Assembly: GCF_036321535.1 (NCBI RefSeq)
Contig: NC_087437.1
Location: 74,588,001-74,652,000, forward strand
Direction: 5' to 3'
Length of the DNA: 64,000 bases
Source: Camelus dromedarius
Lineage: Eukaryota
Part shown: piece after piece, positions 13,001 to 25,690 of the stretch
Position numbering within the stretch: the stretch's first letter is position 1
How the letters are laid out: every line of letters begins with the position of its first letter
The notes under the pieces: generated by a model
Told to the model about the DNA's origin: nothing
Database searches by the model: none
Seen by the model: only the letters and a program-made list of their open reading frames with translations
Position numbers and translations under genes: made by a program

Positions 13001-14370
13001 ATCATATCATAAAATTCCTCCCAGCTCTAATCAAGGCATATTAGATATGCATGAATTAACACTGGCACGATAAATGCCAAATAAATTAATAACTATCGAC
13101 CACTAATACATGAAGAGAGCAGAAAAATTGAAAAAGATTAAAATGCAGTTTGGCAAGAGGCAGTTCCCACCTAGTTTTTTCAGCCATGGAGAGCTGGGTT
13201 GCTATTTTTCCTCATATTTTTGAGATTCACAAAAATTTATATCTCTCAAATGTTCAACAGCTCACTTTCAGTTATCTACCTTTACTTTCTTCTCTGCTTG
13301 ATTTTCCTTTATTCTTTTTTGAAATTAAAGATTTAGACATACTGAAGTCTGAATATAAACCCTTCAAAACTGTTTTTTAATTGTATTTCTAGAACCATAA
13401 ATAACTCCCCTTGCAATGATTTTTTACCAATATTAAAGTGTATTTGTCACTAGCGGTATTAAAAACAAAAACAAAAAAAATACATAAAAAGGCTGTCTTG
13501 ATATTAGAAACAGTCCTGAGGGGGAGTGGAAGATATAAAGTGAACATCTGAATATCAAATAAGGTTTCATGACAGATAGTATATCTACATATATAATTTA
13601 GGCCTTGGAAAGCAATAAATATTGCACTTAAGATTCCCAACATAGGCTTTAAAGTCAGTTTTGCTTTTGGCTGGATGCAGTCTCCAAACATCCTAAAAAA
13701 GGTTGATCCAAAGAATGACTTATATTTGTTTTCACATACTGAACTAAAAACTCTCACATGTTTTAAATTTTTACTAACTGCAAGAATATGACTGTGTTTA
13801 AGCACCCACACTGAGTATGACTTTATACTAGGAATTAGTTTAAATCCCAAGATCCATGAAAGAGATGTGTTTAAGCTCCAATCTCTTCAGTTCTCTAATT
13901 GTATTCGTAACATAGTTGTTCCCATGCTTTTCAGTTGCAATTGCTGCTATGAGATCTATACTTATTGATTGATCTTGATAATTAAGGAGCAATAAACTAC
14001 CTATAGGACACTTACAGAGTTGGCCTGGTTCACAGAGGTTTTTAAGTTGTTTATGTAGCAGGCAGCACAAAAGAAGACACCAGGTTTACAAATAGGTGCA
14101 TCAAAAACAGGGCCACTGTCAGGGATTTATAAAAATTAATTATCCCTACCCAGAGTACTATGCACAAATCTAGTCTCTCTTAGCACTATGAATAAAATAT
14201 TAATTAATTTAAATACCTACTATGCTATTTCATTATAAATCAAATACTTTTTTTTCTTCTCAGATGCAGTACTTATGAACATAGTATAGAACTTTGAAAG
14301 AGCCAGCTGCCCATGGCTAACTACAAATTTTGGAATATAAAAGCAGATTCTATCAAAAGTTTGTCCTTGG

Positions 14371-14528
14371 TGGGGAGGGTATAGCTCAAGTGGTAGAGCA
14401 CATGCTTAGCATACACAAGGTCCTGGGTTCAATCCCCAGTAGCCCCTCTAAAAAAATAAATAAACAAATAAGTAAACCTAATTACCTCCTCCTGCCAAAA
14501 AGTAAATTTAAAAAAAATTTTTAAAAAG
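14371..14528 (+). mobile_element. Full tRNA-Ala-derived SINE (Vic-1-like)
   Basis: A box TAGCTCAAGTGG, B box GGTTCAATCCC, A-rich tail; perfect TSD AAGTTTGTCCTTGG at 14357-14370 and 14529-14542. Confidence 0.92.
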
Positions 14529-14903
14529 AAGTTTGTCCTTGGAACAGACTCAATAGGATGTTCAATTTGTAAACTTCTGCTTGTTGTATAAATTACCAAA
14601 AAGGCGACACATAGTTAATGCTACATGCTGGCAGAAATTCTCAAAATTATTTTCAAAATATAAGTACATAACTGGGCAGAATTGCCTATAATTCTTACAA
14701 AAAGTCACTAGCTTCCTGCCACTTTCAGTGTCACATTAATAAACTAATAGTTTCCATGTGATCACAGATGTTTGCAAGTTCATAGGCTGGAGGAAACTCA
14801 TGCCAACCACAGAGAAGCTTGAAATGTAACTTCCTTTGAGGACAAACAAAAGATGGCCTTCTGTGGGAGTTCTACGTGATCACAGCACACTTCTCAGAAC
14901 AGA

Positions 14904-14942
14904 CACTCACTCACTCACTCACACACACACACACACACACAC
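14904..14942. repeat. (CACT)n(CA)n microsatellite
   Basis: Directly visible. Confidence 0.9.
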
Positions 14943-15109
14943 CCCTTTGTGAATGACTCTGATGGCAAAACATCCCTTCCTCCACCATAAGTGCTACTCA
15001 TGGCTAAGCTGCAAATCCCATAGCCCCCTTTCCACATGAGACTTCATGCAGTACAGGCCTGAATGAAGCTGCACCATCATTTGGTTTAAGCCAGCTGGAC
15101 ATTTAGGTC

Positions 15110-15295
15110 ACACTGAATGAGTTTAAGACGCTGCTACTTACTGGCTGCACAATGTTGGATATGTCATTTCATCTTCCTGAGCCTCAGTCTCCTCTCTCTA
15201 CAAAAATACAATTTTAAACTCATAAATATGAGAATTCCATAAGCTTAAACATGCAAAATTCTTGACACTGGGTAAATGATAAATAGTAATCATTA
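15110..15295 (+). mobile_element. MIR fragment
   Basis: CTGCTACTTACTGGCTG...CTTCCTGAGCCTCAGTCTCCTC. Confidence 0.65.
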
Positions 15296-15449
15296 CCTTT
15301 TCTCTCCCTCTGTATGTATGTGCACATATATATGTATGTATGTTGCTAAAATATGTATATGTTTATTTAAATATGAATCTATATATCTATATACCTTTAT
15401 ACATTGATATACAAAGACATATATGCATATATGTGTATGTGTAGTGTAT

Positions 15450-15663
15450 CAGTAATCAGCAAATTTTTCTGAAAAGATCCAGATAGTAACTAGTTTAGTA
15501 TCTGAGGGCTATGTAGTCTCTATTGCATCACCTCAACTCGGCTACTGCATGCAAAAACAACCATTGACAAAACATTAAGCAAAGGAGCCTGTTTGTGTTT
15601 CAATGAAACTTTATTTACAAAAATAGGTGGAGTTCAGACTTGACTGGTAGTTTGCAAACCCAG
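15450..15663 (+). mobile_element. MER58A-like hAT-Charlie MITE
   Basis: CAGTAATCAGCAAATTTTTCTGAAAAGATCCAGATAGT...AAACTTTATTTACAAAAATAGG...GTAGTTTGCAAACCC. Confidence 0.8.
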
Positions 15664-15999
15664 CACAGATAATATGTACAGTGTGAATGCTACATATACT
15701 GTGCATGTATATGTGAGCATATATATAGCTTAAATATGCTTTTTTTCTAAAGTTTGATTTAGCATTTTTATGGGCTTGTTAGATATTTGTATGTTTGTGT
15801 GAAAGGGTCTTGTGAATATTCGCCCGAATAAACCTTGGAGAAATGTATCTGAGTATTTTATTTATAATGGAGATTTCTTTCACAAAGCACAAGTTCTCCC
15901 ACCACTGCTACATAATTTACCAAAGGCAAATATTTTTATAGTCCTCTGAAAATGCAAAAGTTCCCCACATTGGTAATGATAATAAACTGTGAGTAATAA

Positions 16000-16360
16000 C
16001 CATAGCCATAACTTTTTGCACATACTATATGTTAGGTGCTGAATTAAGACTTTGATGTACATTACCTAGATGCTAACACCTACAGTGCGACTAGGTACTG
16101 TCCCAATTTTACAACCAGAAATGATGATTTGCCTAACAGCTATTCAAACTAAGTAAGAATTGATGCAAGGAGCAGTTCTGTTTTCTGTTTACGCACAGGG
16201 TTTTAGAGCTCTAAATGATTTTCTGGATCCATATTTACTCTTTTCTCCCCTACTCCATTATTCCATGTTGCACATGAGGAAACTGCAGCCAAAAGCGGTA
16301 AAGTGATTAGTCCAAGATTCCTCAGCTAGTGAAAGGAAAAACTGGGACTTAAGTTCATGG
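16000..16360 (-). mobile_element. Two MIR fragments
   Basis: ATGAGGAAACTGCAGCC...GTAAAGTGATTAGTCCAAGATTCCTCAGCTAGTG. Confidence 0.55.
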
Positions 16361-16492
16361 CAAGTGTTAACATGGAATTGCAACAGATTGAGCTCTTAGT
16401 TGAATGTAATAAATAAAGATTCTTCATTCCATATCAAAACTACAAGATCCAGTGCCTAGCTTAATTCACTATCCAAAGTTAGAGAAAGTTTA

Positions 16493-16676
16493 TACTCTAT
16501 AGCACAGGGAACTATATTCAATATCTTGTACTAACTTATGGTGAAAAAGAATACGAAAACGAATATACGTATGTTCATGTATGACTGAAGCATTGTGCTG
16601 TATACCAGAAACTGACACAACATTGTAAACTGACTATACTTCAATAAAACATATATATATACACACACACAAAAAT
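16493..16676 (+). mobile_element. 5'-truncated young L1 3' end
   Basis: TATAGCACAGGGAACTATATTCAATATC...ACATTGTAAACTGACTATACTTCAATAAA; TSD AAAGTTA(G/T)AGAAAGTTTA at 16475-16492 and 16677-16694. Confidence 0.85.
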
Positions 16677-18289
16677 AAAGTTATAGAAAGTTTAAAACCA
16701 TACAAACAATATACAAAACATATAAGGAAAGAAATCAGTCTTCGTCAGATTTTAAGACCTCTTTGGAAGTCACAGTACCCATTTAAAGGAATACTCCCTT
16801 AAGCCTTCTTTTAAATTCTCACTGTATTCCCTCCTCTTCCTTCAGTAGCTGACGTCTCATGATTAGGGCCTTGTATGGAATTAATTCAGCCCCTCAGCCT
16901 GACCACAGACACTGGTCCCTCTCCTCTGGCCTGAGCACCTCTTTGAAGGCATCACTGTCCTCCCAGCACTGCTGCCCCCTGGGAGCAGCATGACCCCAGG
17001 CCTACTTACACCCCAGGCTCTGCTCTTTGTGGAAGCAGCCCATGGCTGAAGAGTATTTCCCAACAATTAGCATTCAGTCCCTTAATATTCTATCTTCAGA
17101 AAATACCAACAGAGAAAGAAAAAAAAAAAATCATTGTGTTGAGGAAATTGGAATATTGAATTTGTTGCCTCTTTCTCTATCTAGTGATTGAGAGTTATTC
17201 ATTTCCTTGACACTCATTGTACTATTGTTAATTCAAGTATATCAAAAATAGTTTAATTAAAATTGTGAGAACCCATAGGATAAACTAAAGGGACCAATGG
17301 TAAAAAATAAATACTTCCATTATGAATTGAATTTCAGTATGTTTACCTATTAATTGTGTACTGCATGAATAAATATTCCAAAATATCACATAGTCTTTGA
17401 ACTTTAAATTAATATTTTGAATTATATTTATGTTTTTATATGCTTTATGTGTCACATTTATTAAAGAATAAATTCAACTTTCCCTGTATTTATTTCTTGA
17501 AATAGCTTTATTTTTGTCAGGAGTTCAATTATTACTGCAACACAGTTCCTATTTTTGGTTTTATAAACTGAGCTTTTCAATCTGTACAATTCCAGTTTGG
17601 CCTTGCACCGTAATAAAATTTTTCCCTCCATATGAAATGACTTGTTTTTATTATATACCAGTAGCATCCAGCTCTCTACTTCCTTGAAGACAACTTCTAA
17701 TATCCTAAACAAATCACCCTTACTAAAATAATCAGGAGACCAAAACTAAGTAAATATATTTGTTATTCTTTCTCTATATTATTGAATCCTTAACATAAGC
17801 CTGAAAAAATCTTTAGTAAACATGCTTTTCTTGCAGTAATTGACAATTTTAGAGGAACAGAACTGTCCCCGGCCACAACCACCACCATCGCTTTTTATTA
17901 ATAGAGGATTGTTGGTTTTGCTTTTGTTTCTTTTATTTGCTTATGTTATGTATTTGCTTTGTTTTGATTGCCTTATACACATTTTGAATATCGTTAGTCT
18001 TGGTTATATATTAGATCTTAACTTTCTCAAATTTTAATCAAAATGCTATTTGGGAGGTTATTTTAACTGTAAACAAATTCTTACTCCTTGTTTTGTTTTC
18101 CACCAAAGTGAAACAAGTTGTGGCACTTAATATTTAATTAAAAAACATCATGAATTATATTGTACACCTTTAAACTGATATCTCACATTTTGCTTGAACA
18201 CTGCAGTTCTCAATTCACAAAAAAAGTCCTAGAAAGATGTTTTATCAGTTATCCAAATATTTCTTCTATATCTCATTTTTTTCAAAAAC

Positions 18290-19200
18290 TATTTCTTGAA
18301 TAATTATATGCAAGGTACCATGTTAAGCATTGGTTATTCTGTGAATAAAATAAATGTGGAATCCTCCTCTCAGAGTTTACAAACAAATGAGAAAGACAAA
18401 GAATAGTCAAGATAACTAATAGATAAGTATAAAGTTTCAAACTGTAAAAACTTCCATGTGGGAAACTGCAGTAACCGAAGTGGGACTTAGACAAATGAGA
18501 GTATTGGAAAATGGTGCCAATGAGATATCACTTGAATGGAAACTGAAAGGATGAAAGGAGTTAGTCCTGAAAACAGGAAGTAACAGAGCTTCAGAAAAAG
18601 AGAGCATCTGTACAAATGATGTCCCCAGTGTGAAATACAGCTGGGCATCTCTGAAACACTAAAGATGTCTGGGATGATGGGGACACAGTAGTCAAGGGAC
18701 GAGGAGATAAGATTGAAGGGGTAAGCAGGGGTTTTGTAGTTTACTATAAAGGATTTAGATTGTTTTTTTCCCCTAAGTACAAAGTTAACCTTCGGAAAAA
18801 GTTTTAAGTTGGGAAGTGACAGAGCCCAATTCATACATCCAGATATACAGATGTAGACACATACACATACATAAATGTGTTAAATTTCTAATCACTATAA
18901 TTAATTGTTCTTTGGAGATGGACAATGATGGAAGTAGAGCAGCCTGTTGGGAGACTACTCTAGAAGTTCTGGTGAGAGATCATGGTCACTTGGAGAAGGA
19001 TGCTGGCAGTGGAGATGGGAAAAGTAGATCAAATTCAATAGATATTTTGGAGGCAAAAATTACAGGAATTTCTGAGAGACTGGATATGGAAGACGATGGA
19101 AAGAAAAAAAAAAAACAGACACTGCATCCTTCATCCTTTTGGATCAGAAGAGATTGAGTGACTCTGAGGCTGAGACAGAAATTTAAAAGGACGTAGAGTT
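18290..19200 (-). mobile_element. L2 fragments
   Basis: Purine-rich antisense L2 text (GGTGAGAGATCATGGTCACTTGGAGAAGG...GGCAGTGGAGATGG). Confidence 0.65.
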
Positions 19201-19794
19201 CGGAGTTGCAGGAGGAAAAGCAGCTGTTCTGTGGTAAAAGAAACGTTCTCCTGATGTCTGCATTAAATACAAGGTGAAAATCAGTAACAAGAGCCCTTGT
19301 AGTTTGAATTTACACCTTAGCAACGAAGTTCCCAGTCCCTTCAGCCAATTCCTAGTTCTTTAATGATTTGAAGAACCTTTTCTCACTCTGATACATACAT
19401 ACACATTGGCCATGCCTACTTGTAAGAAAGGCTGTGAAAAATGGTCTCTTGACTGGACCCTTTGCCTCACTGAACAAAATTAGACTTTGGTTACTAAGGA
19501 AGAAGGGGTGAATGGATTTAATTAGCTAACCAAAGTCTGTCCCAATAGTTGTTGCCGGTACAGCTTCACTGTTTTCCAAACCCATAAACTTTGAAGAATT
19601 AACTCATTAAAAATCAGAAAATGAGACTGATATCATAGTCCCTGAAGGACATAAAAGAGACTACTTAAAAATCAGAATCTCCTCTTTCCACAGTATTCTA
19701 ATCCTTTATCCAAAATTCCCAATATAAATATCTCTAGATTCACTATTGAATTTATTTTCTTTCTTTTCTACATAGTATAGCTCTCCAGATTCTC

Positions 19795-20660
19795 CATTCA
19801 TTCAGCCAATATTTATTGAATGCCAGTCACTAGTCAGTAGCACAGTTTACATTCCAGTGGGAAAGACAGCAAATAAATAATTTGTCAAACCATAGAAAAC
19901 TACCGTATCAGTAGATTTTAAAATTGTTGAATGGTGTCTATTTCATTTGTTTATTTTCATATAGCAGAAGGTGATAAGTGTAATGGAAAGAAATAAAGCA
20001 GAAGAGGGAGCTATTCAGAGACGGGGGCAGGGGAGAAGACTTTCTGTAGAGTAGTCAGGTAGGACTTAACTGAAAAGAGAACAAAGGAAGTAAAGGAGAC
20101 ATCAACCAGATATTCTGGCTACTGTGTTGAAACAGACTGTAGGGAGTAAAGGAAACATGTTAGCTGGCTCACCAATTATGGTGAGAAATGACAGTAACTT
20201 GGTCCAAGATGGTGATAGTCAATGTAGCACAAAGTTTCTAGACTATTGGAAAAGTAAATAGTGTAGGATTTCCCAATGGAAAAGATAGGAAATGTGAGAA
20301 AAGAAGAAAAATCAAGGATGACCCCAACCTACTTGGCTTGAGCAACTGGAAGAAAGAAGCTGTCACTAAGGTATGAAGAGCTGGAGGTGAAGAATAGGGA
20401 GGAAAGTTAAGGGTTCAGTTACAGCCATGTTAAGTTTGAAATGTCTATTGGATATCCAAGTGGTAAAATCAAATGAAATGTTAGATATACAAGTATATCT
20501 GAAATTTGAATTTGAAACACAGGAACTCTTTCCAGGAGTTTATCTATAAATCTGGGTGGGGGACTGAGGTCAAAAAGGGTGTGTGTTATGTGTGTGTGTG
20601 TTTTAAAACAATTGACAGCATTTTTATGCTGATGGGAATGATGTAGTGGAGAGGGAGATT
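19795..20660 (-). mobile_element. L2 (L2a/b-like) fragment
   Basis: CATTCATTCAGCCAATATTTATTGAATGCC tail; AATCAAGGATGAC...CATGTTAAGTTTGAAATGTCTATTGGATATCCAAGTGG. Confidence 0.75.
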
Positions 20661-21219
20661 TTCCATGAAAATGGTCCTTTTACTCTGTGAATTACTACTA
20701 ACAAAATCTTGTAGCCTGTTTCCACATTGGTGAAATAAGAGGATCCGGAGATGATGTCTAAGATTCTAAGGTTTTCCTTTGATTCAAATAAAGTATTCTC
20801 CATTGCCCAAGTGGCCTATATTGGATCAGTTAATTTAGAAATACAGTCTCCTAGACCCTGGTGGACGGTACAGTATGAGAAAAGAACATATTCCCCCATC
20901 TTTTAATACATTTTAGTACCATTTAATACATTTTAATACCATTTCAGCTTTCCCTTCATTATCTTTACTTAATTCCCTATTTCTTCCTTGGAATCAACCT
21001 CAAGGGACAATCAGTGTTATGTCCTGTGAAAGCAAATGGAAATTACTTACAGTTTAGATATCCTTGATTATAGAGAGATTCTTGTTGCAGTTCCATGTGT
21101 GGTGAAGAGAGATGACCAGTTTCCTCAATGCTATCTCAGCATTTTTTGTATGCAGAGTTCTAACTTCTTCTGGGTAAGCATCCCTGATTTTCTTGATATC
21201 TACACCACTCTATTCTAAA

Positions 21220-22980
21220 GCCGAGAGCAACATATGACTACCATCAATGAACAAGAGCTTGATAACTATAATAATATAAACAATGGGAATACATTGATTA
21301 GAACATGTGAATATATAAAAACATGTAAGATTTTAATGCTAGAGAAGAGGGGACAGAGAGAGAACACCGGTTATCACTGACAGTAACTAGAACACCAGAC
21401 ACTTACTCTAAGGTGGAATTTAAGGGAAAAAATTGAGAGATTATCCAGCTTTTCCTTTGTGAGCAACACTTTGGATAACCAAAGAGCTTATAACTAAAGA
21501 GTGAAACTTCTTCACTACAGAATTTTTACAAATTAAAATGTGGAAATGATAGAATTAGAAAAACATTTGCAAACATTAATAAAATAATTGATAAAAAATA
21601 AATGAAATTTGATGCAGAATTTATATATGAAGAAAACAGACTATTACCATGTGAATTTCAATGACGAATCACTAAATTAGGGCAATCAGAAAATATATGC
21701 TTCCTGACATGAAATGTATGTATGAAGCATCCACTACCATTTATAAAGTTTCCTTTCCAAAAATATTGAGACGAAATCTAATCAAACCTTTAATGCTAAC
21801 TTCCAGTTTACAGTAATACCAGGGATAGCATAATAATTTGTGTCAGACAAGACAAACTCAAAATGTGGGACATACACAGGACAACAGATCCAGTTTCTTC
21901 TATAAGTTCAATGGCAAAAGAAAAAAATGTTCTATAAGTTTCAGGTGTACAACATTATAGTTCAGTTTTGTTTCACTACAGAGTGATCACCATCACAAGT
22001 CTAGTTACCATCCATCACCATACCCCCTTCACCCATTTTGCTCACCTCCAACTCCCCTCCCCTCCTGGAAACCACTAATCTGTTCTCTATACCCATGGGT
22101 TTGTTTTTGTTTTATATTATTTGGTCATTGGTTTTGGGGGGGTTTGTTTTGTTAATTTTTTGGTTTGTTTTTTTATGTTCCACATATGAGTGAAATCATA
22201 CAGTATTTATCTTTGACTTATTTTACTTAGCATAATGCCCTTAAGGTCCATCCATTTACCACAAATGGCTGGATATCATTCTTTTTTTATGGCTGACTAG
22301 TATCCCATTGTATATAAATACCACATCTTCTTCATCCATTCACTCATCAATGGACACTTAGGCTGTTTCCATAACTTGGCTATTGTAAATGAACATAGAG
22401 TTGTATATATCTTTTCAAATTAGTTTTATTGTGTTCTTTGAATAAATACCCAGAGGTGGAATAGCTGGGTCATACAGTAGTTTTATTCTTAATTTTTTGA
22501 GGAATACATACTGCTTTTCCTAGTGGCTATACCAATTTACAATAATGGCAAAATAAATTTTAAAAAAATTAAAGACAAAAGAGCCAAATGCAGTAGGTAG
22601 ACCTAATTTAAATATTCATGTGAGTAAATCAACTAGTTAAAAACTATTTGAGACAATCTGTGAAATCTGAATAAGGGTTGGTTATTATATGGTACCAATA
22701 AATATTATTAAACTTGTTTAAAGTTATAACTATACTGTGGTTATATTTTCAAAAATCTATATATTTAGAAATATATTCTGAATTATGTAAGAAAAATTAC
22801 ACAATGTCTGGTATTTTCTTTAAAACAATTTGATTAAAAAAAGAGGAGGAAGAGAAGAAAGGGGACTAGAAGGAAGTGTGGCAAGTTATTGATAATTGTA
22901 GACTCTAGGTGATGAAAATATAGAATTTCACTTAGTATTCTCTCCACTTTTGTTGTATGTTTAAAGGCTTTTGTAATATA
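21220..22980 (+). mobile_element. Old L1MC/L1ME 3' region hosting a younger L1
   Basis: AATCTAATCAAACC...CTTCCAGTTTACAG...AAATGTGGGACAT; TATTTGAGACAATCTGTGAAATCTGAATA. Confidence 0.6.
21930..22543 (-). mobile_element. L1 3' end (L1MA-like), antisense
   Basis: TTCCACATATGAGTGAAATCATACAGTATTT...GGACACTTAGGCTGTTTCCAT; candidate TSD AATGGCAAAA at 21910-21919 and 22544-22553. Confidence 0.85.
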
Positions 22981-23339
22981 AGACATTCTGTACTCAGTCT
23001 ACTCTTTCAATCCTATTTTCCTTTCTCCCAGAAAACTCTTCTAGTCGTTTGTTCCTTTTCATAAACCCTAATGCCAGGCACACAGGACAATTCCCTATTC
23101 TCTGCTCTTTGATACATTGTGCTTTCACATAATATTTCTCCTGCCAATACTTCCTACAGCTACCCCCAAAATTCCTAGAGGAATTCCCTTCAAAGCCCAG
23201 CTCAACCACTGGCCTTACTGTTTCCCAAACCTGCCAAATGGCTCCTGTCTTAGGCTTTTGCACTTCTAGTCCCCTCCGCCTAGTATACTTTTCCTCTAGA
23301 TATCCACCCCTAGAAGAATTATAACACACGTGTACTGGG

Positions 23340-24050
23340 GCCATGCACAAATTTATTCATAGTAGCATGGTTTGTAATAGCCAAAACTCTGAAAAATGCA
23401 AATTGCATCCACAGAAAAATGAGTAACTCAATAGTAACACATTCAGGCAATAAAATTATCAGTGAAATCAAATGAACTTCCACTATACACAGTAGCACAG
23501 ACCAGTGGATCTCAGCTGGGGGTAGTTTGGCAATGTCTGGAGGCATCTGTTATTGTGCTCTCATGACTGGAGACCACGGGTAGAGACCAGGGATGCTGCT
23601 TAACATCCTACCACAAACAAGGCAGCCCCTCGTAACAAATAATTATCCAGCCCTAAATGTTAATAGTGCCAAGGCTGAGGAACTCTGATGTAAATAAATG
23701 ACAAAGACATACTGAGCAAAAAAAGGCAGGTCACAGAAAAAGGATATTTCCTAGTATCTTTTATATCATATACTGTCATTTACATGAAGCTTTAATAAAT
23801 AAGCAGAATTTAAAATATTGTGATAGTGATGTGGTCATATTATGAAGAAAAAGCAGGAGAATAATAAACTCCTTAATAATAAAATAAATAATAAAAAGAA
23901 TGAGATTAGGGAGGAATATATAGGAGCATCAAAGATTGGCAACACTCTAGTTCTTCAGCTGGATGATAAGCACGTGTGTGCATCTTTTATTATTCTTTGT
24001 TAAGAGTTTATTATAGACTATATTATTCTTTTGTATGTCTGGTTATTATA
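23340..24050 (+). mobile_element. L1ME-like 3' fragment interrupted by MER20
   Basis: TTCATAGTAGCATGGTTTGTAATAGCCAAAA...CATACTGAGCAAAAAAAGGCAGGTCACA. Confidence 0.55.
23503..23687 (+). mobile_element. MER20 hAT-Charlie MITE (internally deleted)
   Basis: CAGTGGATCTCAGCTGGGG...GGGTAGAGACCAGGGATGCTGCTTAACATCCTAC...AATAGTGCCAAGGCTGAGGAACTCTG. Confidence 0.85.
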
Positions 24051-24588
24051 TAGATTTTTAGAAGAGGATGCTATTAAGAGCAGGGCTCTAGAATAAACAA
24101 GATATAATTAAAGGCATGAAACATTTCCAAGAGCTACTTGTGCAGGCTGTATCCATTTTTAGATATGTATTTATCCTGCAAAAGTAGAATGACTTTTTAT
24201 ATGTTTCTATATAATGTTTTTTTTCTTAAAAACATTTCCTACTTATGCAAGATGAATTACATAAAAATTGTTTACCATCTTGATAGATTCCCAGGTCTCT
24301 GGTAGGTAACATTTCCTATAATCTTGTCTTAGAGAAAAATAATAAACTGATTGTAGCTCTAACAATCAATGCAGAGAAAATACACAGGATGAAAGAACAT
24401 GTCAAATGTGTTATACAATCAGCAAAATTTTGTCTGTAGAGAGCTGCCACCAGCTGCCCCCACAAATAATTTGCAAGGAAATAAGTGAATGAAAGAAGGA
24501 GAAAAAACCATAAAGAAGATGAAAAGAGGGATCCAGTGACTAAAAGAGATGAAACAGATCAACTTTATTTATTCAAATTATTTTTAAA

Positions 24589-24932
24589 AAGAAAAATACC
24601 ATATGATATCACTTATATGTGGAATCTAAAAAAAAATACACAAATGAACTTCTTTACAGAACAGTAACAGACTCACAGACATAGAGAACAAACATATGGT
24701 TACTAGGGGGAAAAGAGAGTCAGAAGGGATAAATTGGGAGTTCAAGTTATATATAAAATATATAAACAAGTTTATACTGTATAGCACAGGGAACTATATT
24801 CAATATCTTATAGTAACCTATAATAAAAAGAATATGAAAAGTAATTTATATATGTATATGTATGACTAAAACTTTATGCTATATACCAGAAATTGACACA
24901 ACATTGTAAACTGACCATACATTAAAAAAAAA
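24589..24932 (+). mobile_element. Young L1 3' end
   Basis: AAATACCATATGATATCACTTATATGTGGAATCT...ACAGACTCACAGACATAGAG...A tail; same family as 16493. Confidence 0.85.
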
Positions 24933-25574
24933 TGCTTAAAACTCAAAAAAAAGAGAGAGAGTCAATGGGGAAATTTTAAATGTTTTCTAGATAAACGATT
25001 AAGGAATTATTATTAATTGTTTATTAGTAATAATATTTTTATGAATACTTATGAATGAAATTTTATCTGGGATTTGCTTTTAAATTACCTAGAATAAAAC
25101 ACAATTGTGTTCAACACACTGTGCTGCAATTTATACAAATTGAAAAGATACATATATTAAAAGATGTTCCTAAAAATGTTAATTATATCTGTGAATAACT
25201 CAAGTGTTATTTCAGTGAAAGCATGTGTTCACTGACAGCTGGTGTGTGGAATATACCATGTGGTGGTCACATATATAAAAAATGTTTCTAAGGGTACTAA
25301 TAAACAAATTTTTTAAATTATATATTTATCTAAAAGTACCTTTGCATTATCTTCCTACCCTCAACCAAAGAGAATGAAAGTGTTAGCTAATCTGACCTAG
25401 AGGAAGAGACTAAAAGAATTAGTACCAACTTTGCCCAAATAAAACTGAATGTTAATTTGATTGAGTATCTGGAATGTTTGTATAATAAACAAACTTTGTC
25501 TTCTTTCTCACTCCCCAAATAATTGAAAAGAAAACTTTTCTTCCTTGTTGAAATTGCTGCAATGTAATATAGTA

Positions 25575-25690
25575 CAGAATAGAACAGGGTACCGTAGGGT
25601 AGGGTAGGGTAGAATGGAATGGAATGGAATAGAATAGAGTTGGGTAGGGTAGGGTAGAGTAGAGTAGAATAAAATAGAAAAGAAAACAGA
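25575..25690. repeat. Mixed pentamer repeat (GAATA/GGGTA/GGAAT/GAGTA)
   Basis: Directly visible. Confidence 0.9.

Noticed and set aside
13389..14070. Minus-strand ORFs of 153 aa and 76 aa as a host gene
   Set aside because: No recognisable domain, non-ATG starts and no convincing exon structure; consistent with chance ORFs.
14372..14450. tRNA-Ala-like gene (also at 63334, 46590 and 48290)
   Set aside because: SINE tails, TSDs and broken stems show these are SINE heads, not tRNA genes.
20902..20945. Short tandem duplication TTTAATACATTTTA(G/A)TACCA
   Set aside because: Ordinary two-copy slippage duplication with no sign of function.
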